A DNA stretch of 30,536 nucleotides from an uncultured bacterium (GCA_964534375.1 CAZHPN010000026.1:14389-44924), one strand, 5' to 3'; shown: positions 1-8,563, counted from the first letter of the stretch. Numbers and translations: made by a program. Notes: generated by a model from the sequence alone, not told the origin.

Positions 1-195
1 GAATTCCCCCGAACTCCCCCATTTGGTTTTCGCTTAAAGTCGGATTTGTATGGGTTTCGAAGGTAATGGCGTGTGCCCCATAGCAACCAAAAAAGAAACG
101 GACGTCGATTCCGTTCGCGACGAAGCATGGTTCAAGGCAAGGAAATCATTGCCAAGTGAAGGCAAACCAAGCGCCACTCGGTAAAGGGGCTGTTC

Positions 196-1191
196 ATGGA
201 TAACAAAAAGTTTCTCTTGCTTCTGATTCTCGGCGTATTCGCCCTCTCCTTGCTGGTCGTCGGCGCGTTCATCGCGGGCATTTGGTTCAACCGCACACAA
301 CCGCCTGGCGAACCGGGCCGAACGACAACGCCCGGGCCGCCGTCTGGGCCGCTGCGCTCGCCGCCTCCCATGCCGCCGCAGCCGGGCATGGTCCGCATTC
401 CCGGTGGGACCTTCATGATGGGTTGCTCGCGCAACGACGACAAATGCCGCAACAACGAGAAACCGGCGCACCAAGTCACGGTCAGCGCCTTTTGGATGGA
501 CGGGACCCCGGTGACCAACGCCCAATATCATAAATGCGAGTCGTCGGGCGACTGCGGGCCGCTGGACCCGCGCAACTGCAATATCGATAGGCGTGCGTTC
601 ATCCAGGGAGTTAATAATGAATGGGTGCACGGCCGCGGATATGAGGAATTGGCAGATTCCAACAAAGGGGCGGATCAACCGGTCGTCTGCGTTCACTGGC
701 AAGACGCGGCGAATTACTGCCGCGTCGCGGGCAAACGCTTGCCGACCGAAGCCGAATGGGAATTCGCGGCGCGCGGCGGCATGGCCGGGCCGCGTTATGG
801 CGATTTGGACGCCATCGCGTGGTACAATGACAACTCCGGGTGCATGACGCACCCGGTGGGCGGGAAGCAACCGAATGCTTATGGACTTTACGACATGCTC
901 GGCAACGTCGAAGAGTGGTGCGCCGACTGGTACGACAATGACGACGAGCGTGAAGGCGTCACTACCTATTACGCGCTTTCGCCTTCGAATAATCCAACGG
1001 GGCCAGTCAAAGACGACCGCCACCGTTTTTCGTTGCAAAACCACGTCGTGCGGGGCGTTTCGAATTGCACCACCGCGTCAGGTCACAGTCCCGGAGATCT
1101 TGTTCGCGTCTCGGCTCGCCAGGGAGGACTTTTCTGGGATGTGAATGACTGGGGAAGTTCATATATTGGCTTCCGCTGCGTTCGCCGGTGA
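196..1191 (+). CDS. Formylglycine-generating enzyme (SUMF1/FGE-sulfatase) family protein with N-terminal TM anchor and Pro-rich linker
   Basis: Motifs IPGGTFMMG, PVVCVHWQDAANYC, RLPTEAEWEFAARGG, PNAYGLYDMLGNVEEW, GFRCVR; hydrophobic N-terminus followed by PPG/PPP linker. Confidence 0.9.
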   Translation: MDNKKFLLLLILGVFALSLLVVGAFIAGIWFNRTQPPGEPGRTTTPGPPSGPLRSPPPMPPQPGMVRIPGGTFMMGCSRNDDKCRNNEKPAHQVTVSAFWMDGTPVTNAQYHKCESSGDCGPLDPRNCNIDRRAFIQGVNNEWVHGRGYEELADSNKGADQPVVCVHWQDAANYCRVAGKRLPTEAEWEFAARGGMAGPRYGDLDAIAWYNDNSGCMTHPVGGKQPNAYGLYDMLGNVEEWCADWYDNDDEREGVTTYYALSPSNNPTGPVKDDRHRFSLQNHVVRGVSNCTTASGHSPGDLVRVSARQGGLFWDVNDWGSSYIGFRCVRR

Positions 1192-1456
1192 AAGCGGACC
1201 CTCGCGAACTTATTTTGTGATCCTTCGACAAACAGTTGGGGCTGGTGCCCATTTTCTCGAATCTCTCTCGCCGCTCGCGGTCGCCGCGGTTTCGGCGAGT
1301 CAAAGCCGTTGCAACCACCCGCCGTTCGCCCTCGGAAGCCAAGATTTTCTCTGCGGGAAAATCATTAGTTTTCCCCGCACTGAAAAACGCCTTCAAGAAT
1401 CCTTTGTTTTCAAGGTTTTCGCCGCCCGTTCTTGAAGGGGATTTTTCGGTGCCCTG

Positions 1457-2425
1457 TCACAAGACAATGACGACATTCCCCTTCTTGCGGCCCGTATCGA
1501 CATAGCGGTGCGCCTCGGCCATCTGGTCGAAGGAATAGCGGCGGTCGATCACCGGCTTGAAGCGTCCAGATTCGACCAAATTTGCCAGAAAACGCAGATC
1601 CTCGGCGCCCGATTTTACGCCGCCGGCGATGATTTTTCGGCCGCTCGTCAGCGACGCCCACGGCGCGGCGAGCATCTCGGGCAGATCGGCGAGCACCAAC
1701 AGCAAACTTCCGCCCTTTTTCAGCGACGCTTTGCTGCGGCCGAACGGCGCCGTTCCGGCCGTGTCGACGATGATGTCGTAGGTTTCGCCGTTGCGGGTGA
1801 AATCCTCTTTCGTGTAGTCGATCGCCTTGTCGGCGCCGATGGATTTCACGAGGTCGAAATTGGCCCCGCTGCACACGGCGGTCACCTCCGCGCCGAAGTG
1901 CTTGGCGAGTTGCACCGCCGCGGTTCCGACGCCGCCGGAAGCGCCGTTGACCAGCACTTTGTCGCCTTGCTTGATCCCGGCTTTCTTGAGGAAGCCCAGC
2001 GCCGTTGTGCCGCCAAACGAAAGCGCCGCGGCCTCTTCGTGGCTCAGATTCGCCGGCTTGAGCGCCAGCGCGCCATCTTCGGCCAGGCACTTGCACTCGA
2101 GGTAACACCCCATTTTCGCGCCGGTGAAGGCGAAGACCTGGTCGCCCACTTTGAACTTGCCGACCGCTTTGCCGACCGCTTCGATTTCGCCGGAAAGCTC
2201 CGACCCGAGGATGGGGTGTTTCGGGGCCGAAAAGCCCAGGTAGATTCCGCCGACGACCCCGAAGCCTTTCGGCAGAATGCGGCTGCGGCACCGCCAATCG
2301 CCAGCGGTCACCGTCGTCGCGCGCACTTTGATCAGGACTTCGTTGTCCTTGGGCGCGGGTTTCGGAATGTCCTTCAATTCGAGGACCTCGGGCGGCCCAA
2401 ATCTCGTGTACATGATCGCTTTCAT
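1457..2425 (-). CDS. NAD(P)-dependent medium-chain dehydrogenase/reductase (quinone-oxidoreductase-like)
   Basis: MKAIMYTRFGPPEVL start (ATG 2425 with GGAGG RBS), VLVNGASGGVGTAAVQLAK nucleotide-binding motif, C-terminal EAHRYVDTGRKKGNVVI. Confidence 0.9.
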   Translation of the reverse strand: MKAIMYTRFGPPEVLELKDIPKPAPKDNEVLIKVRATTVTAGDWRCRSRILPKGFGVVGGIYLGFSAPKHPILGSELSGEIEAVGKAVGKFKVGDQVFAFTGAKMGCYLECKCLAEDGALALKPANLSHEEAAALSFGGTTALGFLKKAGIKQGDKVLVNGASGGVGTAAVQLAKHFGAEVTAVCSGANFDLVKSIGADKAIDYTKEDFTRNGETYDIIVDTAGTAPFGRSKASLKKGGSLLLVLADLPEMLAAPWASLTSGRKIIAGGVKSGAEDLRFLANLVESGRFKPVIDRRYSFDQMAEAHRYVDTGRKKGNVVIVL

Positions 2426-2549
2426 ATTCCCTCCGCAAAAACTCATCGCGAGAAACGCGACGCATGATCTGTGCAATTGTAATACCCGCAATGCCCCGGC
2501 GCCTCTTCGCATTTGCCGTCACTGGAACAGTGGGGCGGCGCCGCGCTGC

Positions 2550-2578
2550 TTGACTCCGCGCGGACGCCGCCCTACGGT
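2550..2578 (+). promoter_or_regulatory. Candidate sigma70-type promoter for hicB
   Basis: TTGACT (2550-2555), 17 bp spacer, TACGGT (2573-2578), about 30 bp upstream of the ATG. Confidence 0.45.
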
Positions 2579-2606
2579 AAGCGCAATGCGGGTTGGGAGA
2601 ACCGTT

Positions 2607-2810
2607 ATGAGATTGACTGCGATCATCGAGGAAGAAGGCGGCGGCTACGTCGCGTTGTGCCCGGAATTGGACATCGCGAGCCAGGGCGACACGATCGAAG
2701 AAGCCCGCGACAATCTGCGCGAGGCGCTTGAGCTCTTTTTCGAAGGGGCCCCGCCGGCGGAAGTGGAACGACGCCTGTGTTCTGACGTACCTTGCCAAAA
2801 TATCCTATAG
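2607..2810 (+). CDS. hicB: HicB-family antitoxin, short form, with no adjacent hicA
   Basis: MRLTAIIEEEGGGYVALCPELDIASQGDTIEEARDNLREALELFFE is the typical HicB N-terminal signature; GGGAG RBS. Confidence 0.85.
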   Translation: MRLTAIIEEEGGGYVALCPELDIASQGDTIEEARDNLREALELFFEGAPPAEVERRLCSDVPCQNIL

Positions 2811-2879
2811 ATCTTGCAAATCCTGTATTACTGTCCGCCAATTTCTTCGCGTTATGGAAAAATTTTGGGATTTGCATAA

Positions 2880-2957
2880 AACCGCGAATACACGCGAATG
2901 CACGCGAATCGAATTATGTTGGCGCTCATTCGCGTTTATTCGCGTTCATTGGCGGTT
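2880..2957. repeat. Imperfect 30-bp inverted repeat built from 10-bp units (ACGCGAAT core); REP/MITE-like
   Basis: Left arm 2880-2909 AACCGCGAATACACGCGAATGCACGCGAAT and right arm 2928-2957 ATTCGCGTTTATTCGCGTTCATTGGCGGTT; 25/30 complementary by eye. Confidence 0.75.
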
Positions 2958-3091
2958 AGAACAAATTCTCGAATTCTCTGTGACCTCTGGGCCTTTCTCT
3001 GCGGCCTCTGTGTTTAAAATTCCCTTCCGTCCGCTTGACTTGCCGCGTCAAATGCTCCGCCGTTTGCGCCGCGCGAAACGAGGAGAAGATC

Positions 3092-3220
3092 ATGTCGATT
3101 CTGGAAAAAGCCGGGGCGGAAAAGGCCGCATTTCTATCCGAATGGGAAGCCAAGCAACTGCTGGCGGAATTCGGCATTCCGGTGACCGCCGATCGCCTCG
3201 CGCTTGCGCCCGACGACTAT
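3092..3220 (+). pseudogene. N-terminal fragment of an acetate/acyl-CoA ligase (ADP-forming) ATP-grasp subunit
   Basis: AGGAG RBS and ATG 3092; FLSEWEAKQLLAEFGIPVT is the ATP-grasp N-terminal motif; similarity is lost after about 40 aa and the frame runs on antisense to pfkB. Confidence 0.6.
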
Positions 3221-3465
3221 CTGACGGGCGCCAACGCCCGCCGATTCCCCCGTCACAACCCCGAGAAAACCTTGACGGGCCTCCCATTCTGCGGCTCAAC
3301 GGCAATGCCCGGCCACGCTTTCGCATTGCTCGGAGATCCTAAATCGACTTTGCCGTTGCCCGGCGCCCGGAAGGACGTTCAAGGTTTCTTAATCTTCGGC
3401 CTCATACACTACACATTTTTCGTAGCGGCGGCGCCTCTCTCTCAGGCTCCCAGCCTCCCAGCCTC

Positions 3466-4383
3466 TCAGCCTCCTTCCTCCACCCGAATCAACTCGTGCA
3501 GGGCCCGCCGGCGTTCGTCGAACGCCGGCCGGGTCAGCGCGGCGAGCTTATTCACGCCGATGCCCTGGCAGGTGAAGCTGGCGGCGATCGTGCCGGCGAG
3601 GCAGGCGCGGCGGAAGGCGGCCTCGTCGAGCCGCGGTTCCTGCGCCAGCCAGCCGAGGAAACCGCCGGCGAAGGTGTCGCCGGCGCCGGTCGGGTCGATG
3701 GCGTCGTCGAGCGGCAGGGCGGGCGCGGCGAACGGGCCGTCCGGGCCGAGCATGAACACGCCGTATTCGCCGCGTTTGATCACCGCCCGCCGCGGGCCGA
3801 GCCGGAGGATGTCGCGCGCCGCTTCGATCAACGACCGGCGGCCGGTCAGCATTTTGGCCTCGCCGTCGTTGAGGAACACGAGATCGACCAGGCGCAGCGC
3901 CCGCAGCAATTCGTCGCGGCGGATGTCGATCCAGAGGTTCATCGTGTCGAGCGCGGCGAACTTGCGCCCGGCGCACGCCTGCAAAACGCGAATCTGCAGC
4001 GCGGGGTCGATATTGCCGCAGAAAACCAACTCGGTCGCATCCCAACCCGGCGGCAGTTTGGGCGAAAACTCGCCGAAGACGCCCAGCTTCGTTTCATGGG
4101 TGACGCGTTCGTTCATGTCGGCCAGGTATTCGCCGTCCCAGAAAAACGTTTCGCCGTTCGCGACGATTTCCAGGCCGGCCAGGTCGACCTTCTTCGCTTT
4201 GAGCAATTCGAGATGCGCCGCGGGAAAATCGCCGCCGACGACGCCCACGAGCCGGACCGGCGAAAACAACGAGGCGATCAGCGAAAAGTAGCTGGCCGAA
4301 CCGCCGAGCACGCGTTCGTGCACCGCGCCGCCGGGAAACCGCAAGGTGTCGAGCGCAACCGAACCGACGACCAGAATCGACAT
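3466..4383 (-). CDS. PfkB-family carbohydrate/nucleoside kinase
   Basis: VVGSVALD, GGSASY, VGVVGGDF, FLNDGEA, IKRGEYG, DPTGAGDTFAGGF (PfkB signature 2). Confidence 0.93.
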   Translation of the reverse strand: MSILVVGSVALDTLRFPGGAVHERVLGGSASYFSLIASLFSPVRLVGVVGGDFPAAHLELLKAKKVDLAGLEIVANGETFFWDGEYLADMNERVTHETKLGVFGEFSPKLPPGWDATELVFCGNIDPALQIRVLQACAGRKFAALDTMNLWIDIRRDELLRALRLVDLVFLNDGEAKMLTGRRSLIEAARDILRLGPRRAVIKRGEYGVFMLGPDGPFAAPALPLDDAIDPTGAGDTFAGGFLGWLAQEPRLDEAAFRRACLAGTIAASFTCQGIGVNKLAALTRPAFDERRRALHELIRVEEGG

Positions 4384-4396
4384 GGCGTCCCTTTCC

Positions 4397-5257
4397 TTAT
4401 TTAATGTATTTTTCGATCAACAGCCGCAGTTCGGCTTCGCGTCCTTGGGGAATCGCGGACCGCTCCGTGATGATGGCGTTGGCCAGCGCCGACGCGCAGC
4501 CGCAGCCTCCGGCCTCGCCGATGCGCGGCGCGGCCGTCGCCAGCAACTGCCGCGCGTGCGCCGCGTTTTCCTTCATCACCTGCAGGATGTCGGTGATGTC
4601 CACGTCGGCCCCTTCGTAGCGCCAGCAATCGTAGTCGGTCACGAGCGCCACGGTGGCGAAGTGCAACTCGGCTTCGCGCGCCAGGCGCGCCTCGGTGACG
4701 TTGGTCATGCCGATGATGTCGATGCCGAGGGAACGATAGATTTTGCTCTCGGCGCGCGTCGAAAACTGCGGGCCTTCCATGCAAACGTACGTGCCTTTCC
4801 AGTGCGCGGGGATCTTCAGGCTCAGCGCCGTGTCGTAGAGCAGCCGCGCGAGTGTCGGGCAGACGGGGTCCGCAAACGACACGTGGGCGACAATGCCGCC
4901 GCCGAAAAAGGTGTCGGCGCGGTGGCGCGTGCGGTCGAAAAACTGGTCGAGGACGACCAGTTCGCCCGGCTTGATGTCCTCTTTGAGCGAGCCGCAGGCG
5001 CTGAAGCTGATCACGTGCGTGACGCCGAGGCTTTTCAGCGCGTAAATATTGGCGCGGTATGGCACCTCGGTCGGCGTGAAGCGGTGGCCGCGGCCGTGCC
5101 GCGGCAGGAAAAAGATCGGGGTCTCGCCGAGCACGCCGGAGACGATTTCGTCCGACGGCTCGCCGAACGGCGTCACCACCGCACGTTTGCGCACATTCGT
5201 CAGACCGGGAATGTCGTACAAGCCGCTGCCGCCGATTACGCCGATTTTTACCGCCAT
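4397..5257 (-). CDS. mtnP: S-methyl-5'-thioadenosine phosphorylase
   Basis: IGVIGGSGLY, RHGRGH, YRANIYALK, SACGSL, MEGPQFSTRAES, GMTN, VTDYDCW; ATG 5257 with AGGAG RBS. Confidence 0.95.
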   Translation of the reverse strand: MAVKIGVIGGSGLYDIPGLTNVRKRAVVTPFGEPSDEIVSGVLGETPIFFLPRHGRGHRFTPTEVPYRANIYALKSLGVTHVISFSACGSLKEDIKPGELVVLDQFFDRTRHRADTFFGGGIVAHVSFADPVCPTLARLLYDTALSLKIPAHWKGTYVCMEGPQFSTRAESKIYRSLGIDIIGMTNVTEARLAREAELHFATVALVTDYDCWRYEGADVDITDILQVMKENAAHARQLLATAAPRIGEAGGCGCASALANAIITERSAIPQGREAELRLLIEKYIK

Positions 5258-5465
5258 AAGTTGCTCCTTACAGGCCATCTAGAGACTGTCGATTTTCTCG
5301 GATCGACCGATTTTTGCGAAGGCGTTCGCCGCACAATGGCGAATGGCGAATACTGGCAGGCAAAGAGGCGTTGACGAGAGAAGGCCTCGCGTGGTGTTTC
5401 ACCAATGCGAAGGCGAACTCGCCGGCCGTGCAGCGCATCTCCGTGACCCGGGTCCGCAAAGGCGT

Positions 5466-5529
5466 CCTCTCGCCCCTCCCTGTGTCGGGGAGGGGCGCGG
5501 CCACACGGTCAGTGTGGCCGGGGGAGAGG
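5466..5529. repeat. Intergenic double-hairpin (three-way junction) REP-like element
   Basis: CGCCCCTCCC (5471-5480) pairs with GGGAGGGGCG (5488-5497); CGGCCACAC (5498-5506) pairs with GTGTGGCCG (5512-5520); outer CCTCTC/GAGAGG. Confidence 0.65.
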
Positions 5530-5607
5530 TCTGCGCGTCCAGGAAAATGGTGCATTTTCGCCTTTTCGAAAGTTGGCGCCGCGCGCTCTCGGTGGCTGAT
5601 GCGGCGT

Positions 5608-6732
5608 CTAATCTTCAATCAACTCCACGTTCGCGCGCGGGATGATCGCCTTTTCGCCGCCGCCGAAATCGACTTCGAGGACGCGGGCGCGCGAGCCGGA
5701 CTCCAGCACGCGGGGCTCGGCCGGCAACGCGGACACGACGCCGATCCGCCCGAAATACGGCACGCGGATCGCGCGAACCTGGCTGCCGACGGTCAAACCC
5801 GCCGGGGCGGCGTCGGGCGCGGCGGCCGCGCCGGCCGGCGCCGGGCCGGGCACGATCACCTCCGGACGAATGACGCCGGCGCGAATCTGCGTCGCCCCGT
5901 TGACGCACGCGAGCTTGCCGACATTGGCCGCCAGCAAATCGTAGGTCTTCGCCGCCATGTCGATGTCGCCGAAGCCCTCGGTGACGATCAGCGTCAGGCC
6001 GAGCTTTTCGCCGCCGGTGATCGCCACGCCCAGGTCGTAGCCGAGAAAATCGCGCAGGTCCTTGTCGTCGAAGCCGCCGGCGACCACCCCGCGCACGCCC
6101 AACTCGATCGCGCGCCGCAGCGCTTCGGCGGTTGCGCGGCCGCCGCCGACCACGATCTTGCCGGCCATTTCCGGAACGAGCAATTCGGGCGTCAACCGGC
6201 GGCTGCGCGAATCGCCGGCGAGCACGAGCGGGCCGTTGGCCTCGCCGCCGATGCCGAAAATGCCCTGCACGAACGCGCCCCACGTTTCGACGACGCAGCC
6301 CTCGCGCTCGATGATTTCGATCACCGTCCCCGAGATGTACGCCTTCGCCTCGACCGGCTCCGACGGCCCCCGCAACAACACTTGCCCGGTCACCGCGTTG
6401 ATTTTCTCGATCGTGCCCGACATCTTCGCCGCGGCTTGGCTCTTGAACAGGCCGAACAGGCTTTTCGAACGCGCGATGACTTGCCCTTCTGCGACGAAAT
6501 CGCCGACCATGTTCAGCATGCGGCTGGGCAGCTCCGCCGGCTCGACATTGAGCAAGGTGGCGACGTTGCACAATTCCGCGGCGCCCGGCAGTTCCGTGCG
6601 CGCCACCACGTCGTCCGGTTGCACGGTCTGCCCGACCCGCACCAGCACGTCGCCCTTGAGCGGCAGGATGCGCCGCCGCCGCAGCAAATGCCGCGCGGCG
6701 ACTTTCAATCCGGGCGTGTAGGTGTGGGCCAC
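5608..6732 (-). CDS. Conserved hypothetical protein with repeated barrel-sandwich-hybrid (lipoyl/RnfC-N-like) motifs and a C-terminal KOW-like domain; partner of the GlmL-like protein
   Basis: GDVLVRVGQTVQPDDVVA, VGDFVAEGQVIA, SGTIEKI and SGTVIEI motifs; VGSQVRAIRVPYFGRIGVV; GTG start with GAGGA RBS 10 bp after the upstream stop; high GC3 coding frame. Confidence 0.8.
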   Translation of the reverse strand: MAHTYTPGLKVAARHLLRRRRILPLKGDVLVRVGQTVQPDDVVARTELPGAAELCNVATLLNVEPAELPSRMLNMVGDFVAEGQVIARSKSLFGLFKSQAAAKMSGTIEKINAVTGQVLLRGPSEPVEAKAYISGTVIEIIEREGCVVETWGAFVQGIFGIGGEANGPLVLAGDSRSRRLTPELLVPEMAGKIVVGGGRATAEALRRAIELGVRGVVAGGFDDKDLRDFLGYDLGVAITGGEKLGLTLIVTEGFGDIDMAAKTYDLLAANVGKLACVNGATQIRAGVIRPEVIVPGPAPAGAAAAPDAAPAGLTVGSQVRAIRVPYFGRIGVVSALPAEPRVLESGSRARVLEVDFGGGEKAIIPRANVELIED

Positions 6733-6742
6733 GGTCCTCTCG

Positions 6743-8563
6743 CTATTCTTCCAGACCGGCGTCCGGGTAAACGCGCCATTCGTTGATCCAGTTTTTCAGC
6801 GACGCCAGCCGCGATTTTTCGTCGCGGGCGATTTCGAGCGGACGTCCGCGGGCGTCGAGCAGCAGGCCGACCGCGCCGCCCCAGACCGCGCTTTCGATCG
6901 CCGCCCCGCCGCCGCGGCCGAAATCGAAACCGCGCGCCGGATTGCAACGCAGCCGCGCTTCTTCGCCGGGGCCGAGTTCAAGCAACTTCACGTCGCCGAC
7001 GCGCAGCGTCCCTTCGGCGATTTCGCCGTTTTGGCGTTCGAGCGCGTACGAAAAACATTCTCTGCCCTCTTTGCCCTGGCCGCGCGGCGCCGCGACGGTG
7101 CCGAGGTAGATCAGGCAATCCTTCTTAAAGACCTCGGTGGCGGCGTGCGGCAGCACCTCGGCGAGCACGCCCAGGTGCGGCATCATGAATATCGAATCCT
7201 TCGCCAGGCGCGTGACGCCCTCGGGCGCGAAGGCGTCGATGAGCATCATCGCCGTCTGGTGCATGCGCGGTGCGTGGGAGAGCACGCCGCCGGAGGCGAC
7301 GAGCAAATTGAGCTTCATCATGTCGACGATCGTCTCGCCGCTCGCCGACTGCGCGAAGGCGTCGCCGATCGTCCGCTGCTGCTGCACGCCCTTGAGCGTC
7401 GTGGCGAAACTCTTGTGGTGCAGAAACGCCAGCCGCAACGCTTCCTTGGCGATGGCCTGCTCGAACATCAACTCGGGCAGCGTCTGCGGGATGGTCGTCG
7501 GGCGGACCATCTTGTTCTTGACGCGGTTGCGCAGGTCGCGTTCGTCCATGGGCAGCGGCGACCAGCGCATCACCAGCGGCAGCGTCGCCTCGGCCAGAAC
7601 GTTGCTGATCGAGTAGCTCATGCCAAGGTTGGCGGAAACGGTGCGGTTGAACACGCCGTCGAAGACCGAAAAGACATCGGTCGTCGCGCCGCCGATGTCG
7701 ACGCCGACCGCGTTGATGCCTTCTTCCTCCGCGACGCGTTTGAGGATGGCGCCGACGGCGGCCGGGGTCGGGGCGATCGGGGCGTCGGTCCATTCCATCA
7801 GCTTGCGGTAGCCCGGGGCCTGCGCCATGACGTGCTCCATGAAGAGCTCGTGGATCTTTTCGCGGGCCGGGCCGAGGTTTTCGCGTTCGAGCACGGGGCG
7901 GATATTGTCGACGACGAAGAGCTGGGTTTTCCCCACGAGTTCGTCGGTCGCTTCCGCCACGGCGTCTTTGTTGCCGGCGTAGATGACGGGCAGCAAATAT
8001 CCGGAGCCGAGCCGGGGCCGCGGGTCGGCCGCGGCGATCAATTCCGCGAGTTCCACCACGTGGGTTTTCGTGCCGCCGTCGATGCCGCCGGAGAGCAGGA
8101 TCATGTCCGGCCGCAATTGCCGAATGCGTTCGATCTGCTCGTGCGGCAGGCGTTTGTCGTTGCTGGCGATTACGTCCATGACGATCGCGCCCGCGCCCAG
8201 CGCCGCCCGTTCCGCCGATTCCCCCGTCATTTTCCGCACGACGCCGGCGACCATCATCTGCAGGCCGCCGCCGGCGCTCGAGGTCGAAATGTAAATGTCG
8301 CAGCCTTCGCGCGCCGTCGCCGGGCGGATCAGCCGGCCCGCGTCGTCGACCAGGCGGCGGCCGGCGAGTTCGCCGACTTCCTGCGCGGCGTTAAGCACGC
8401 CGAGCGTCACGTCGTCGAACGGCGCCTCGACCGTCGTCGGCGCTTCGCCGCGATGCGTCTGGCGGTACTCGCCGTTGATCTTCTCGATGAGGATCGCTTT
8501 GGTCGTAGTGCTGCCGCAGTCGGTGGCGAGGATCACGTTGATGCGGCTCGGGTCCATCGTCAT
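6743..8563 (-). CDS. Glutamate mutase L (GlmL/MutL)-like ASKHA-fold ATPase, long form (about 606 aa)
   Basis: ILATDCGSTTTKA (phosphate-1), STSSAGGGLQM, DMILLSGGIDGG, YAGN, GVDIGGATTDVFS (phosphate-2), RTVSANLGMSYS; start overlaps the upstream stop (ATGA at 8560-8563). Confidence 0.88.
   Translation of the reverse strand: MTMDPSRINVILATDCGSTTTKAILIEKINGEYRQTHRGEAPTTVEAPFDDVTLGVLNAAQEVGELAGRRLVDDAGRLIRPATAREGCDIYISTSSAGGGLQMMVAGVVRKMTGESAERAALGAGAIVMDVIASNDKRLPHEQIERIRQLRPDMILLSGGIDGGTKTHVVELAELIAAADPRPRLGSGYLLPVIYAGNKDAVAEATDELVGKTQLFVVDNIRPVLERENLGPAREKIHELFMEHVMAQAPGYRKLMEWTDAPIAPTPAAVGAILKRVAEEEGINAVGVDIGGATTDVFSVFDGVFNRTVSANLGMSYSISNVLAEATLPLVMRWSPLPMDERDLRNRVKNKMVRPTTIPQTLPELMFEQAIAKEALRLAFLHHKSFATTLKGVQQQRTIGDAFAQSASGETIVDMMKLNLLVASGGVLSHAPRMHQTAMMLIDAFAPEGVTRLAKDSIFMMPHLGVLAEVLPHAATEVFKKDCLIYLGTVAAPRGQGKEGRECFSYALERQNGEIAEGTLRVGDVKLLELGPGEEARLRCNPARGFDFGRGGGAAIESAVWGGAVGLLLDARGRPLEIARDEKSRLASLKNWINEWRVYPDAGLEE

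Noticed and set aside
1..20. GAATTCCCCC GAACTCCCCC tandem at the window edge
   Set aside because: Only two units at the boundary; it cannot be told apart from a low-complexity or assembly-edge sequence
158..195. GGCAAACC upstream of the FGE gene, resembling a c-di-GMP-I riboswitch
   Set aside because: The GAAA-loop hairpin and the following GACGCAAAGC element are absent
5258..5607. SAM or SAH riboswitch upstream of mtnP
   Set aside because: The conserved aptamer motifs were not found by eye on the minus strand
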